Below are positions 27,205 to 41,420 of a stretch of DNA of 64,000 nucleotides, piece after piece. The position numbers and the translations under genes are program-made. Each line of letters starts with the position of its first letter. The first letter of the stretch is position 1. The notes under the pieces are model-generated. The model did no database searches, had not been told where the DNA came from, and was given only the letters and a program-made list of their open reading frames with translations. This DNA is from the human T2T-CHM13v2.0 reference genome, Homo sapiens, in assembly GCF_009914755.1 (NCBI RefSeq), contig NC_060940.1; one strand, written 5' to 3'.

Positions 27205-30200
27205 ATTCCCTCCACTCAGAATGCTCTTCTCCTGGATGGCCACATAGTTCGCTGCACATTTCATTCAGATTTCTTCTCAAATGTCCTAGAAGCTGTTCCT
27301 GCCCACACCCATTATTTCCCCTTCCAGCTTACCCTGCCTCGTCCTTCTCCAAAGCACTAATTTCCTCCTGGCATAGAACACATTCATCCATTTATTCGCC
27401 CCTTGTCTCCAGTCCACCCCAGTGGAATAGCTCCAATAGAATATCAGCTCCCTGAGAACTGTAACTTTGTGTATTTTATTCATTGTCTTGTCCTCAGCCC
27501 CTGGGTAGGACTTGGCACACAGCAGTGTTCAATGCATACTTTTGAATGAATGAAAGGGGAAAAAGGAAGGATGTGAGGCTCTAGACAATGAGGGAGCCTT
27601 GAATGTCAGTCTAAGGAGCAGGAATGGAACCTTTCCATGAGCTATGGGCAGGAGAGGAATGGGTCAGATTTGCTTTCCTGACAATTTCTCTGGGAACAGC
27701 ATTCCAGGCAGTTCTGTGGCCCCTTCAGGCACCTCATTTCCACATCAGCCTCATGATCTATATAACAGGCAGCCACCATGTGGTCAGCAATCTAGGGGGA
27801 TGGGTGCACCAGCCATGGCTTCTGCCCTTAGGGAGCTTTCATTTAATTGGGCAGAGAATAGAGCACAGGATAAAACAGGGAGAGGGAGGGAAGAGAGGGA
27901 GAGGGAGCACATTCCCACCAGCCTGTAATCTCTTTGGGGCAAGGTCCCCCACATCATTCAACAAATATTTATTGAGCACCTATTATGTGCCAGGCCCCTG
28001 CCCTTAGAGTTCAGTATGATAATAGAGATAGGCATTTGTCCACTGAACACACACATTCTAAGCCAAAGAGGGCTTGGAAGGAAAGGAGAGAGGCTTTGCA
28101 GGCCTCTAGCTTGCTCTTCATTCATTGAACACACAGTAGGTGCTCATATCTATTTTCCAAATGAATTGGTGAATGAATGCAGGTTCTCTTGGGGACTAGC
28201 TCAGAGAACAAGGGACCTTGGGGATCTGCAGGGACAGTGCTCGAAGACAGGAGGGGAGGAAGATGGAGGACTAGGGAGGACTATTACCCCAGAATCAAGG
28301 GTTTGCTCTTCCCTACGTGTGACCCCACACTAGGCACTGGGCGCTGGGCAGGACTCTCCTTAGGAGAAGAAGGGGACCTCCTTCTCCTTTCTCAGGAAAG
28401 CGAGCTGCCCCTACCCCACCCTGGATGGGCTGGGCACCACTTGGTCTGCCATTTTGATGCTCGCGGCGGGACCAGGATGCTGTAAACACCCATACGCGAC
28501 TCTCCTGCAGGGTCTCCGGGTTGCCAGCAATCACGGCCATCTGCTCATATGGCACTGCGCCCAAGCCCCTCACCCAGGGAGCCGTGCCAGGCAGCGATTG
28601 GTTCTGAGGCATGCCCCTCAAACTGGTGGGGAGCGTCCTCTTCTGAGAGGCCCCTAGGGGAGTAGGGGAACAAAAGACAGATTTCCCTTTCCTAGGAAAA
28701 AAAAAGATCAATTTCACTTAAGACTCAGCACAAAATGAGGAGTGGAGGAAGAACCAGAGAAGAGTGTCTATGGGGTCCTGAATATTCAGGAGCTGCCTTT
28801 GCATAGCTCAGAGTCTGGGGTGATGGGGGAGGCAACCAGGGCACGCTCCATGTTTAAAACATCCTTCGAAAGTCATGGTTTCTTCTCAGAGGCGCCCCCT
28901 TCTCCAGCCATCCCTGGTGGCTCGGCCTCTGCAGGAGACCAGGGGAGGGGAGCCAGGAGGCCTCTTCCCATGAGAAGCTGCAAAGAGTACTGGCCTGGGA
29001 ACCCACCCAGCTGGACTATGCAACAGTGACATGGCTTTGCACAGTCCACTGGCTTCTGTAAGCCCCTCATAAGACAGAGTGACAGGATGGTTTTGGGGAT
29101 TACATGGGACAGGAGGCAAAGTGGCATGTCTCTCTGAAGCAATGAAAGGCCCAGCAGTGGTGTGGCTCCGTGCTATGCATGTCCCTTGCATGCGTGCACA
29201 CAGTTGTGCATGTCTAGTGAGCATGCTTTTCTACATGTGATGTGCTGGAATCCAGCTGTGTCTCCGTGGGCATGCATGTACTTGACCATCTTTCCAGGTG
29301 GGTCCTTTTGGGTTTGCATGTGAGAATCCAGGAGCCTATCTGGTATGTTCTGGCTCTTGCCCATATTTGTGCCCATGGGTACATGGAGGTTTGAGCATGC
29401 ACCAGTGTGTGTGCACACAAAGGGTTCATGCTCTGGGCTTACCCGCCTCTGGGAGCCCCAGTGACAATGGCAGATAGGGGAAGGGGGAGCTGGCTTCAAG
29501 TGAGGTCCTGGACTCCGAGTTCTTTTCCAGCCACTCTGCCTCCAAGGTGGCCCCTCCTGGATCAGGCAGAGGCCACATCACCTCCCTGGTGGCTTATCCT
29601 CAGCACACCCTGCCTACTGCCCAGCTGGCATATTCCAGAGGCTGGCACTCATTTCATAAATCCACACCAGAAAGAGGCTGGCCATGGTGAAATCACCCTG
29701 GGCACCCCAGCTCCACACTGTGCTGTCTACACCAGGCCCTCACTACCAGGACAAGCAACCTACATCCCTTCCAGGCGACAGACACAAAGGGGTCCCACTG
29801 TGTTGACCCTGTCTCTGCGCTCCCTGGAGCAGGCTGGAGATGGGAGGAGAGCTATGGCTCAAGGGCCGGAAAGGAGGTCAGAACAAGAAGGGCAGAGAAG
29901 AGGAGGCCAAGCTGTTCACTGCATACGGCACCCAACAGTTTATCAGTTTCCTTCCCCTGCAGTGGACTATTTCATTCTCTGCCCTGCCAGGCCAGAATGT
30001 TAATCAACCCCACTGCACAGGTGAGGAAATTGGGGCTCCAAGAGGGGACGGATGCTGTTTTAAGGGCTTACTTAATCCACTCAACAATCCCATGAGGTGA
30101 GTATCAGTATTATCACATTTTACCCATTGAGACACTGAGGCCCTCAGAGGTGAATTAATTCACTGCAAGTCACATAGTGAACTTGGTGCGGGTGGTTCGT

Positions 30201-30819
30201 GACCACCACCCTGGGCTGCCTCCCACAGAGGCTAAGGGAGTTTGCAAACTCATTTAAAAGAACAGAGGAGGAGATAGAACCACTTCTTGCCTCTTCTTCC
30301 CAGGTGAGGTGTGAAAGGCGCCTGTTCTGCTGGACAGAAAAGTTCCCAGCATCCAGATGCCACCTCTGTCTGTGAGCTCCAGGTGGGAATCACTCCCAGT
30401 AAGAGCAGGAGGTGAGTGGCAGCTCAGCCCCAGGACCAGCCAGGGCTTTCTGGGCACTCATTCCCCTGGGAACCTGCATCCTTCCCAGCCTGTTAGAAGG
30501 GGCAGCTCTGACAGCTGCTTTGCTCTTGGTGATGCTTTGGCCAGGGGTTCCTTGTCCACACCGCTCCAGAGTCTGTGGCAAGGGGGTGGCTGGAGGGGAT
30601 GAAGGGGCAAGGAGGGTGCCAGACTGGGATGGGCATCCAGTCCCACATCCGCCAGCCCTCCACAGCTGCCTCTGCCTACACTGAGCACGCTGGATTATTC
30701 AATGTAACATTTAATTACACTGACAGTCTAACGAACACAAGGAAAGTCAGATGTGGAACTCGCGCCCCCCGCTGAGCCTCCTGGAAACCGTGGGGGAGGC
30801 AGGGTTGCTCCATATGCCG

Positions 30820-31520
30820 CTATGTGGGTGTGCGCGGGTGTGTGCACGTGTATGCATGTGTGTTCGTGCAGCCTGTCTCTGTGTGTACCTGTGTGTGTCC
30901 AGGCGGGCAGCTCATGCATATCTGCCTGGTGTGTGCTCGTGTGTGTGTCTGCTGTGTATGAGTGTGCACCCCTCTGTAGTCCGTGCAATGTGTGTCTATC
31001 TGCTGTGTGTGCGCCTCTCTGTTGTCTGTGTGGTGTGTGTGTGTCTCTGCTGTGAATGTACACCTCTCTGTTGTCAGTGCTGTGTGTGTACTTCTCTGTT
31101 GTCTGTGTGGCGTGTGTGTGTTTCTCTTCTGTGAGTGTGTACCTCTCTGTTGCCCATGCAGTGAGTGTGTATATCATGTGTGTGTCACTTGCTGTGTGTG
31201 TGTATGCCTCTCTCTTGTCCGTATGGAGTGTATATGTGTGTGTGTGTGTCTATCTTCTCTGTGCTCGGGCACCTCTCCGTTGTCTGTGCAGCGTGTGTGC
31301 GTGTCTACCTGCTGTGTGTGTTCCTCTCTGTTGTCTGTGTGGCATGTGTGTGTCTATCTCTGCATGTGTGTGCACCTCTCTGTGTGTGTATGATGTGTGT
31401 GTAGGTATTCATGTCTGTGGTACAGCTCCAGGCTATTATGTGCGTGCATGTCTGGCTGTGTCTGGGCTGTGTGTCTGTGTGGGCCTGGATGTGTCTCTCC
31501 ACATGTGCCTCTGTGTGCCT
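30820..31520 (+). repeat. Degenerate TG-rich minisatellite
   Basis: Recurring cctctctgttgtctgtgtgg(tg)n-tctctgctgtg units. Confidence 0.9.
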
Positions 31521-32740
31521 GCCCATCTTTGTCATGGCTGCTAAAAGCAATTTTGCTTCTAGTGACAAGTAATGTTTTTCAGACCCCAGTAAGAGTGGAC
31601 TGGTTGAAATTCCTCTGGCATTCGTACTGCTGTATGACACAGTTCAGCAGGCCCTCTTGGGGACTGCCACGTCCCAAAGTATTAATAATTCCACTTGCTC
31701 CATCTTCTTTTGCCAGGGACCAGGTAAAAGTGGGCACCTCTTCCTCTCTCCTCCCTTCCCTCCCCATCTCTTCCTTCAGGACTTCTCCCTTGGCCAGGCC
31801 TAGACCTAGGTGGCCCTCTGGGTGGTCTTTTTTTCTATGTGCCCCTTTCCAGAATGTCACGTTGGGCCCTGAACTCCTCCACTGACTTCGTGCTCAGAAT
31901 CAGATCAGCAGAGACTGAGTTCTGCAGGTGTCTTCCCTGGTGTGTGACCTTGGAGGAGTCACTTGACCTCTCTGAGCCTGCCTTCCTGCATGGCAGGGAG
32001 CTCCAAAGCAGATAACGTGTATAAAGTGTGTTGTGTGCTATGGTGCAGTTAGGGGAGTGCCCTTACAATGGGAATGAACCAAGCTGGATCCTTATCCTGA
32101 GGGAAGAATGATGGATCCACAGGAGGACATCCCTCAGCCCTTACCACGGCTGTCCCTGTTGGGGCAAGAGCTGCTGGCAGGGAGAAGGGTGCATATTCTC
32201 ACATGCTGGCCTCTTTTCTGATCTCAGGGAATAAGCCTGAAAGATAGCAGTCACAAGGTGCCATCTCCTAGACATAGGGTGAGGCTGCACCAAGACTCAT
32301 CAAGAATTTTCCAGAGATCTGTGCAACACTCTGACAGAAACTGAGGCAGTCTACTTGCTGCAGGGCTTGATGCATGCTCTCCCTGGTCAGTCCCAGTCCA
32401 ACTCCCTCCACCATTTTTCTCTTCTTTTTTCACCAAAATCTTCTACCCCAAGAATCAAATTACTAAGTGAAATTCAATCTGCTCAGTTACAAATCCATGA
32501 AGTGTTATACATACATACAAGGACCCAAAGATCTAGGCACAAAGATGTTCACTGCAGCATTGTTTACAACACATAAATGAAGTCAATCAATTATGACTCA
32601 TTCAGCCAATGAGATGTATTGTGGCCATTATAATAAAACAAGATCTGGAGAGACTTCTGCTTTCAGCAAGATTGAGTAGACATATTTTCCCTACTTTTCC
32701 TGCTAAGTATAACTAAAACCCTTGGACAGTAAATATTTTT

Positions 32741-33649
32741 AAAAGGAGATGAAGAAGAAGAAAGAGGAGGAGGAGGGTGAGGAGGAGGAGGAGGAAGACG
32801 AGGAGGAAAGAAGGAGGAAGAAAGGAAGAAGAGAAGAAGAAAAAGGAGGAGGAGGAGGGTGAGTGGAAGGGGGAGGGGGAGGGGAAGGGGGAGAAGGAGA
32901 AGGAGGAAAGAAGGAAAAAGAAAGAGGAAGAGGAGGAGGAGGAGAAGGAGGGGAAGGAGGAGGGGGAGGAGGGGGAGGAGGGAAAGGAGGAGGGGGAGGA
33001 GGGAAAGGAGGAGGGGGAGGAGGGGAAGGAGGAGGGGGAGGAGGGGAAGGAGGAGGGGAAGGAGGAGGGGGAGGAGGAGGGGAAGGAGGAGGGGGAGGAG
33101 GAGGGGAAGGAGGAGGGGAAGGAGGAGGGGGAGGAGGGGGAGGAGGGGAAGGAGGAGGGGGAGGAGGGGAAGGAGGAGGGAGAGGAAGAGGAGGAGAAAG
33201 AGGAAGAGGAGGAGGAAGGGAAAAGGAAGAGGGAGAAGAATAAGAAGGAGGAGGAGGAGAAAGAAGGAGGAAGAAAAGAAGAAGGAGGAGAAGGAGGAAG
33301 AGGAGGATGAGGAAAGGAGGAAGAAAGAAGGAAGAGAAGAAGAAGGAGGAGGAGGAGGAGGAAGAGGAGGAGGAGGAAGGAAGAAGAGGAAGAAGAAGAA
33401 GGAAGAGGAGGAGGAGGGAAGAAGGAGAAGAAGAAGAAGAAGAAGAAGAAGGAGAAGAAGGAGGGGGAGGATGAGGAAGAGGAGGAGGAGGAAGGAAGAA
33501 CAGGAAGAAGAAGAAGAGGAAGAAGAAGAAGGAGGAGAAGGAGGAAGAGGAGGAGGAGGAAGGAAGAAGAGGAAGAAAAGAAGAAGAGGAGGAAGAAGAG
33601 GAAGAAGAAGAAGTAGAAGAAGAAGAAGATGAAGAAGAAGAAGAAGAAG
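32741..33649 (+). repeat. ~0.9 kb polypurine (GGA/GAA/GGGGA) tract
   Basis: About 11 pyrimidines in ~910 nt. Positions 32865-33240 are purely purine. Confidence 0.97.
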
Positions 33650-35042
33650 CTGCCAAAAAGTGAAGAGACAAGACTGACTAGAAACCTCCAGACCTAAGGA
33701 ACAACATGATGGTGGGTTCCTTTTTGCATCATATGTCCCAGAAAGGGCCAGCAACATGGAAACACCAATGTGCATAGGCCAAAAAGCCCCATCAAATGTC
33801 TGCTTTCTTTAGCCAAAGAACCAGTGAAGAATCAGCCTAGCAAAACAAAATCTCTTAGACAATAACAATGCTTCTCCAGCTAAATGCCACAGAAAAAACT
33901 GGCTCCACTGCACAGTGCTTTCATTCTCACCAATCTATAATGAGACTCCTCAATGCTCTTCACCAGGGTGGGAAATCAGAGAAGGCCAAACAGGAACCTA
34001 GAATTTTCATCCTTGCTGTGCAATGACAAGGCCCACTGCCGTCATCTACAGTCCCAGGGGAGCCTGAATTTCCACTACCCATTCAGTAGTATTAAGGCAC
34101 CCCTGCCCCTGTCCCCACGGGGATGGTATCAGAGGAAGTGGGCTGTAGAGGCAAGACTTTTGCCGCTGCCCAGTTGTAACAAGGTCACCTGCCCCTCTGT
34201 GGTATCAGTGAAGACTACTTGGGAACCAGCAACTAGGCACTCCTACCCCTCCCAGCCAGGGACATATCAGTGAAGACCTAGTGGGGAGCTAGAGCTCCCA
34301 CCCCCACCCAGCTATAGTAATGAGCCCCCCACCTAAGGTGTTAATGGTGGCTTAGTGGGGAAATTGGGATTCTACTCCCATCTGGCATTAAGGAGGCAGT
34401 GAGACCCCTCCCTGCCTACTATCTTTTCCTTCTGGGGAGGTATTACAGGAGAAAGAAAAGGTTTAAATAAGACCCAGGGTTTCATAACATAATATACAAA
34501 ATGTAAAAGTTTCAACAAGGGATCAGTTGTCATACCAAAATCCAGGAAGCTGTCAAACAGAATGAAAAAAGAAAATCCACAGATGCTGAAAGTGAAATGA
34601 CAGAGATGCTAGAAATGCCTGGCAAGGGTTTTAAAGCAGCAACCATAAAAATGCTTTAACAAGCAACTACACACTTGCCTGAAACAAAGGAAAAAATAGA
34701 AAGTCTCAGCACAGAAATAGAAGGTATCAAAAAATACCAAGTGGATATTTTAGAACTGAAAAATTCCATAACTTAAAAAAAATTAAATCAACAGGCTCAA
34801 CAGCAAAATGGAGGGAACAGGAAAAAAATTCGTGAACTAGAAGATAGAATAATAGAAATTATCCAATCTTTTTTTTTTTGTATTTATGTTTCTGCCCAAC
34901 TATTAACAATCTTAATTTAAAAAGAACAAATAAACCGGGAAAAAATTAAACAGAACCTTAGGAAACTGTGAGACTATAACAACAACAAAAAAAACCCTCT
35001 AACATTAGTGTCATTGGAATTATGGAAAAAGAGGAGAAAGAG

Positions 35043-35459
<417 letters not shown>

Positions 35460-36117
35460 CTATAGATTCAAGAAGCTGAGTAAATCTCAAACAGAATAAA
35501 ACCCAAAGAAATCCACACCCAAGACACATTACAGTCAAATTTCTGATAACTAAAGACAAAGGAAAAGTCTTCCAAGCAGCAAAAGAGAAATGACATTTAC
35601 CTAGAGGGGGAAAAACAATTCAAATGAAAGTGGATTTCTCATCAGAAATCACAGGAGTTAGAAGAAAGTGGCACAACATTTTTCAAGTGCTGAAAGAAAA
35701 AAAAAACTGTCATCAGAAACCTATATCCAGTGAAAATATCCTTCAGGAATTAAAGGGAAACCAAGATATCCTCAGAGGAGGAAAAACTAAGAAAATCTGT
35801 AGTGAGCTGCTCTTGTTAGGGCTGAACTTTTGCCCTAAAACATGGCAAAATGAAGTTCTCTAAACATAAGAAAATGATAAAAGAAAAGATCCTGGAACAT
35901 TAGGAAGGGAGAAAGAACACAGTAAGCAAAAATATGGGTAATACAATAGAGTTTCTGTCTCCTCTTGAGTTTTTAAAATTATGCTTAATGGCCGAAGCAA
36001 AATATTTAACACGGTCTAATGTGATCCTAAATGTGTGTAGGAGAGTATTTAAGACAATTATATTATAAATATAACTTATATATAAGGGGAGGGTAAATTG
36101 ATATAAAGTGAGGCAAC

Positions 36118-36433
<316 letters not shown>

Positions 36434-36474
36434 TGAACTGGTAAGATGATGAAACCAGGAGATTTTAATATGCC

Positions 36475-36475
<1 letters not shown>

Positions 36476-36505
<30 letters not shown>

Positions 36506-36524
36506 TATACACACACACATATAT
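36476..36524. repeat. (TA)n(CA)n microsatellite
   Basis: Read directly. Confidence 0.9.
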
Positions 36525-39500
36525 AGTAATATCTACAGCAACCACTAGAAATGCTATAGAAGGAGATATATCCAAAACAGTGTAAATAAACCAAAATGAA
36601 ATTCTAAAAAATGTCCAAGGCAGAAAAAGGAAATCAGAGGAATTAAAAAAATAGAACAGAAAAAATATAAAATAGCAAACTTAAGTCCCAACTTGCCAAT
36701 AATTACATTAAATATAACTAACACAGCAACTAAAAGAGATTGGCAGAATAGATAATCCAACTCTATAGTGTTTACAAGACATTCACTTCAAATATAATAA
36801 TATAAACAGTTTGAAAATAAAAGGAAGGAGAAAGATCTATCATGTAAACATTAATTGAAAGAAAACATGGTGGCTATGTTAGCATTAGATAAAGTAGACT
36901 TCAGAGCAAAGAAAACTAAAAAGACAAAGAGGGATCTTACATAATGATGAAAGGATGGATTTACCAAGAAGATACAGCAATCCTAAATATGTATGCACCA
37001 AACAACAGAGCTGAAAAATATGTAAATGACGGAACTGAAAGAAGAAATAGACATATCCACAATTATATTTGGACACTTTAACAACCTTCTCTGGACAATT
37101 GATAGAACAATTAGAAAACCAGTAAGTATACAGAACTCAACAATACCACCAATTTACAGGATCTAATAGACATCTATAGAACATGCCACCCAACAACAGC
37201 AGAATACACATGTTTCAAAGGCCCATGGAACATACACCATGATACACTATATCATAGACCATAAAACATAAATCTCAACAAATTTAAAAGAATTGAAATC
37301 ATAGAGCGTGTTCTTCAACCACAGTGGAATCAAACTAGAAATCAATAACAGAAAGATAACGAAAAGTCACCAAAAACATAGAAACTAAACAACACAATTC
37401 TAAATCCATGGGTCAAAAACAAAGTCTCAGGATAAATTTACAAATACATTGAACTGACTGAAAATTACAATACACTGTATCAAACATTTTGGGACACAGC
37501 CAATGCAGTGCTGAGAGAGAAGTTTATAGCACTAAGTGTATATATTACAAAAAAGAGAAAGTGTTAAATCAGTCATTTAAGTTCCCCCCTCAAGAACCTA
37601 GAGAAACAAGAGCAAAATACATCCCAAGCAAGCAGAGGCAAGGGAAAAAATAAAGAGCAGAAGTCAATGAAATTGAAACAGAAAACCAACGGAGAAAAAT
37701 CACTGAAACAAAGAGTTGGTTCTTTGAAAAGATCAATAAAATGGAAGAACATCTAACAGGACTGACAAAGAAAAAGAGAGAAAACACAAAGTACCAATAT
37801 CAAGAATGAAATAGCGGATATCACTACAGACCCACAGATACCAAAAGGATAATAAAGGAATAGGATGAACAACTCTACATGCATACATTTGACAAATTAG
37901 ATTATATTACCCAATTTCTTGGAAAACAAATTACCACAACTTACCCAATATGACATAGATCATATTTTAAGTTTAAGTAGCCTTACATATAACTTATACT
38001 ATTAAGGAAGTTGGATTCATAATTGAAAAACTCCTCAAAAAGAGCAAGATCTGTGAGTGCTCACATGAAAAGAAATGGAATATTTATAAGAGAATGAAAA
38101 ATCATAGAGTAATTCACAGAATAACATAGATTTTATGAAAAAAAGGAAAGAACTATATGGAAATGTATGTATGTGCACAGACTATCTTTGGACAGAAAGA
38201 GACTGGGAAGAGTGTAAGAGGGACAGTTGGTTTTTAGTGATTTTTTATTTTATATCCTTCTAAGCAGTTTACACTTTTTTCTTTTATTATTTAACTTTGT
38301 TTTAAATATCAACATCCACATGGTTTTCCTGGCTGCTCAGTCCAGAGTAGCACAGAACATAGGAGCCCAGCCTTAACAGACACATCACCTGCTTTCCCAT
38401 CTCAACTTTACCACCCTCTAGCTGGTAGAGGTGACCCCAGCTTCCCTCACTGTCAAACAAGGACAAAGATCATGAGGAATAAGTGTCTGGGAGTGCCAGG
38501 ACTCAGAAATTAGCAGAGCAGCACGGTGTACCTTGCACTGTGCTGGGTGCTGTGAAGATTTAGGAGCAAGAACAAACCCAGGAAGCACCTGAGGGGAAAT
38601 CGCAGGAGGGCAGGGGGTTGCCTGAAGGTGGTGGCTCTTGAGCTGAACCCCGAAGGAGCTGTAGGATCTGTTTGGGCCCAGGAGAGGAGAAATGTAATTA
38701 TAGACAGAGATGTCAGGAGGCAAGGCAAACCCACGGTGCCTGGAGACAGGGTGGCCAGGGGGCACCTGGGAACCCAGCCAGGAGTCCTCAGGCTGTCAGG
38801 GCAGGCAGTTCTCCTTCAAGGAGGCCGATCAGAGCTCTTACTTCGTTAAGAAGACAGTAGGGCCAGGGTAATGTCCTCGTTGTATTCTCAGAGCTGATTT
38901 TCTTTTCTGTTTTCTATGAGACTTTAAAAGCCATCAGCTAATAAAACTGTCTTTCGGGTGCTCAGTGTGCCACAAAGTGTTGCCAAGTGCAGCACATCCT
39001 CATATCCCCTCCACAGTTCAGGGTGCAGACATCCTTCTCCCCAGTTACAGATTCAGAAGCCACCCATGAGCCCCATCGCAGATCCAGGCCTCCCAAGGAA
39101 GCCTCATTCGCACAGAAAGCTCTAAAGCTAAGATCATCTCAGACAGCTGTGATTAAACACTCATTTCACAGACGAGGAAACCGAGGCCCTGAGTAGGAAA
39201 GGGGCTTGCCCAGAGTCACAGGGGGAAATGATGACAGAGAAGAGCATGGATGCCCAGCCCAGCGCCCGTGGCTCTGCATGAGAAACACACAGCAAGGCCC
39301 TGGTCCGTGCTTGCTCGGGTGATGCAGGGGTTACCATCGGTGGCTCTGAAATTCTCTCTCAGTATTTCTGGGGTTGTCTGTTTTGAATCAATGGTCATGT
39401 CATCCCTCAGAAGTGCAGGGAGAGAAACCCAAGTCCAGGGAGGTCCAGTGGCCAGGCAGAAGTCACAATGCTACTGAAAGGCCCAACTGGAAACTGACCA

Positions 39501-40039
39501 CAGTTCCAGCAGCCCCAGTGCCCTGACTGTAAACCCCACTCTCAAGGCGACTGCATGGGTAAGGGACCGCCCAATTGGATGGGAAGCACCAGAGGTGTGG
39601 AGAGCCAGAGGGGCAGGAGTTTGGAAGACCACACGGACGCTGCAGAATGTTCTGGAGACTCTGACATCCCGGAAACCCCCAAGGGTAGGGGCTGGTGGAG
39701 GGGAGGGCAAAGCAGGGGGCCGCAGGCCACATGCTTCAGGACCCAGCCGGCAGGCTGGAGGATGGTCCTCCGCTGGGAACTGTCTCTAGGCCTCCCGAAA
39801 ATGCCAGGCCAAAGAACTGGGCAGCCGCCCCTCTTCCGCCAGTGACCTTGACCCAAGCTGGGCTGGGCTTTCAGATACGACACGGCCCCTTCCCCTCTTA
39901 TCCTCTTCCCAAGGTCGTAAAATGAGTCGGCTTCTGGGTGGCAGGACTTTTGCAGGGACCCTCGTTTGCAGTTCTTGCTGGGGCTGGAGCGGTGTGGGGC
40001 CCGTGACTGGGCTTGGCGTGAAACTAGAAGCGGCCAGGG

Positions 40040-40460
40040 CAGGTGTAAATTATGCATAGCTATTTCTGGAAACTTCTCAGATTTCTCAAGAGAGAGAAAT
40101 TAATTTGCCTGTTTGGGCAAATAACACCAATTTTTTTTTCCCCTGCTTAAGGTCATTTTGTTAAAATAAAATTGATTAACGTTCTCTTTAAAGTTTAAGT
40201 AGAAACTGCTCAAACATATTTTTATGCATAGAAGCACGGTTTGCGCCCTTCAGTAATTAATAACTCCACAAATAAGGTAACACCAAGCCGCTCGCAGCGC
40301 ACTCTGCCCGCGGCCCCCAGGTGGGTGGGGCCGGCCCGATGCGGGCCAATCAGGGCTCAGGGGAGGGAAGGGGCGGGCCGGCCGCGCACCAACCCCAGGC
40401 TGGGGCCGCCCCGGCGCTGTCCCGGCTCAGGCAGGTCAAGGATCCGCCCAGCTAGGAGCA
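40040..40460. promoter_or_regulatory. Enhancer/promoter-like element: AT-rich motif block plus CpG patch with CCAAT and GC boxes
   Basis: TTATGCAT twice, TAATTAAT and TTCTGGAA, then GCCAATCA (~40344) and GGGGCGGG (~40370) in a CpG-rich patch. Confidence 0.55.
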
Positions 40461-40540
40461 GTCCAAGTAGAGGCTGACCCCAGTGGACTATCACCTGGAA
40501 CCAACCCCAGTGATGAGAGTATCAGGAGCTAACCACTTCT

Positions 40541-40966
40541 CTCCTTCTCTCCTTCCCTCCCTCCCTTCCCTCCCTCCCTCCCTCCCTCCCTCCCTCCCTC
40601 CCTCCCTCCCTCCTTCCCTCCCTTCCTTCCTTCCCTCCTTCCTTCCTTCTCTTTCTCTTTCTTTCTTTCTTCTTTCGAGACAGGGCTTCGCTGTGTCATC
40701 CAGGCTGGAGTGCAGTGGTTCAGTCACAACTCACTACAGCCTGGAACTCCTGGGCTCGAGTGATACTCTGCCTCAGTCTCCCAAGTAGCTGGGATTACAG
40801 GCAGGGCACCACGCATGGCTGATTTTTATTATTATTATTATTATTTGTAGAGACAGGGTCTCGCTATGTTGTCCGCACTGGTCTCCGACTCCTGGCCTCA
40901 AGTGATCCCCCCATCTAGACCTCCCAAAGTGCTGGGATTACAGGCATGGGCCACTGTGCCCGGCCT
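40541..40966 (-). mobile_element. AluJ whose tail has become a (CCCT/CCTT)n tract (40541-40675)
   Basis: Antisense AluJ. The TSD pair ggagctaaccacttct / ggagctagccatttct brackets both the Alu body and the CT tract. Confidence 0.9.
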
Positions 40967-40999
40967 GGAGCTAGCCATTTCTTATGTGCTCTGCTCAAG

Positions 41000-41420
41000 G
41001 GCTTCTTGGGGCTGGGAACAGGGCTTTGGAACCGGACTGCCAGCATTAGAATCTGAGCATTGGGCAAGTTAGCATCTCTTTGCCTTAGTTTCCTCAGTTG
41101 TAAAAAAGAGATAACAGTACCCACGTGATAACGTTAGTTATTGTGTGGATTAGGGGAGTTAATACACGGTGCCTAGGAGAATACCAGGCACCAATAATGT
41201 TATTAAACGTCACCGTCATTCTTATTTTAATTTCACAACTTTGTGAGATAAGTATTATTTTTTATTTTTCCCATTTACCAATGAAAACACTGAGGCTCAG
41301 AGAAGTTAAGGGCTTTATTTGAGGTCACACCGCTAGTAAGTGATAGAGCTGAGGTCTGAATCCAGGTATCATAGTCCGCAGAGCTTAGGCTACAAGTTGT
41401 CTTCATATACATGCTTATCT
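41000..41420. mobile_element. Two MIRs, tail to tail
   Basis: gccttagtttcctcagttgtaaaa on the plus strand, then aacactgaggctcagagaagttaag on the minus strand. Confidence 0.7.

Noticed and set aside
29170-29420. Cluster of (T)GCATG motifs (RBFOX-like)
   Set aside because: It lies outside any supported transcript and is explained by decayed TG/CA low-complexity sequence.
30728-31885. Cys/Val-rich ORFs resembling metallothionein or keratin-associated proteins
   Set aside because: Translations of the TG-rich minisatellite.
32663-33775. Long ORFs on both strands (370, 310, 257, 177 and 126 aa)
   Set aside because: These are translations of the purine tract (poly-L/P/S/E/R/G). They lack stops only because of base composition.
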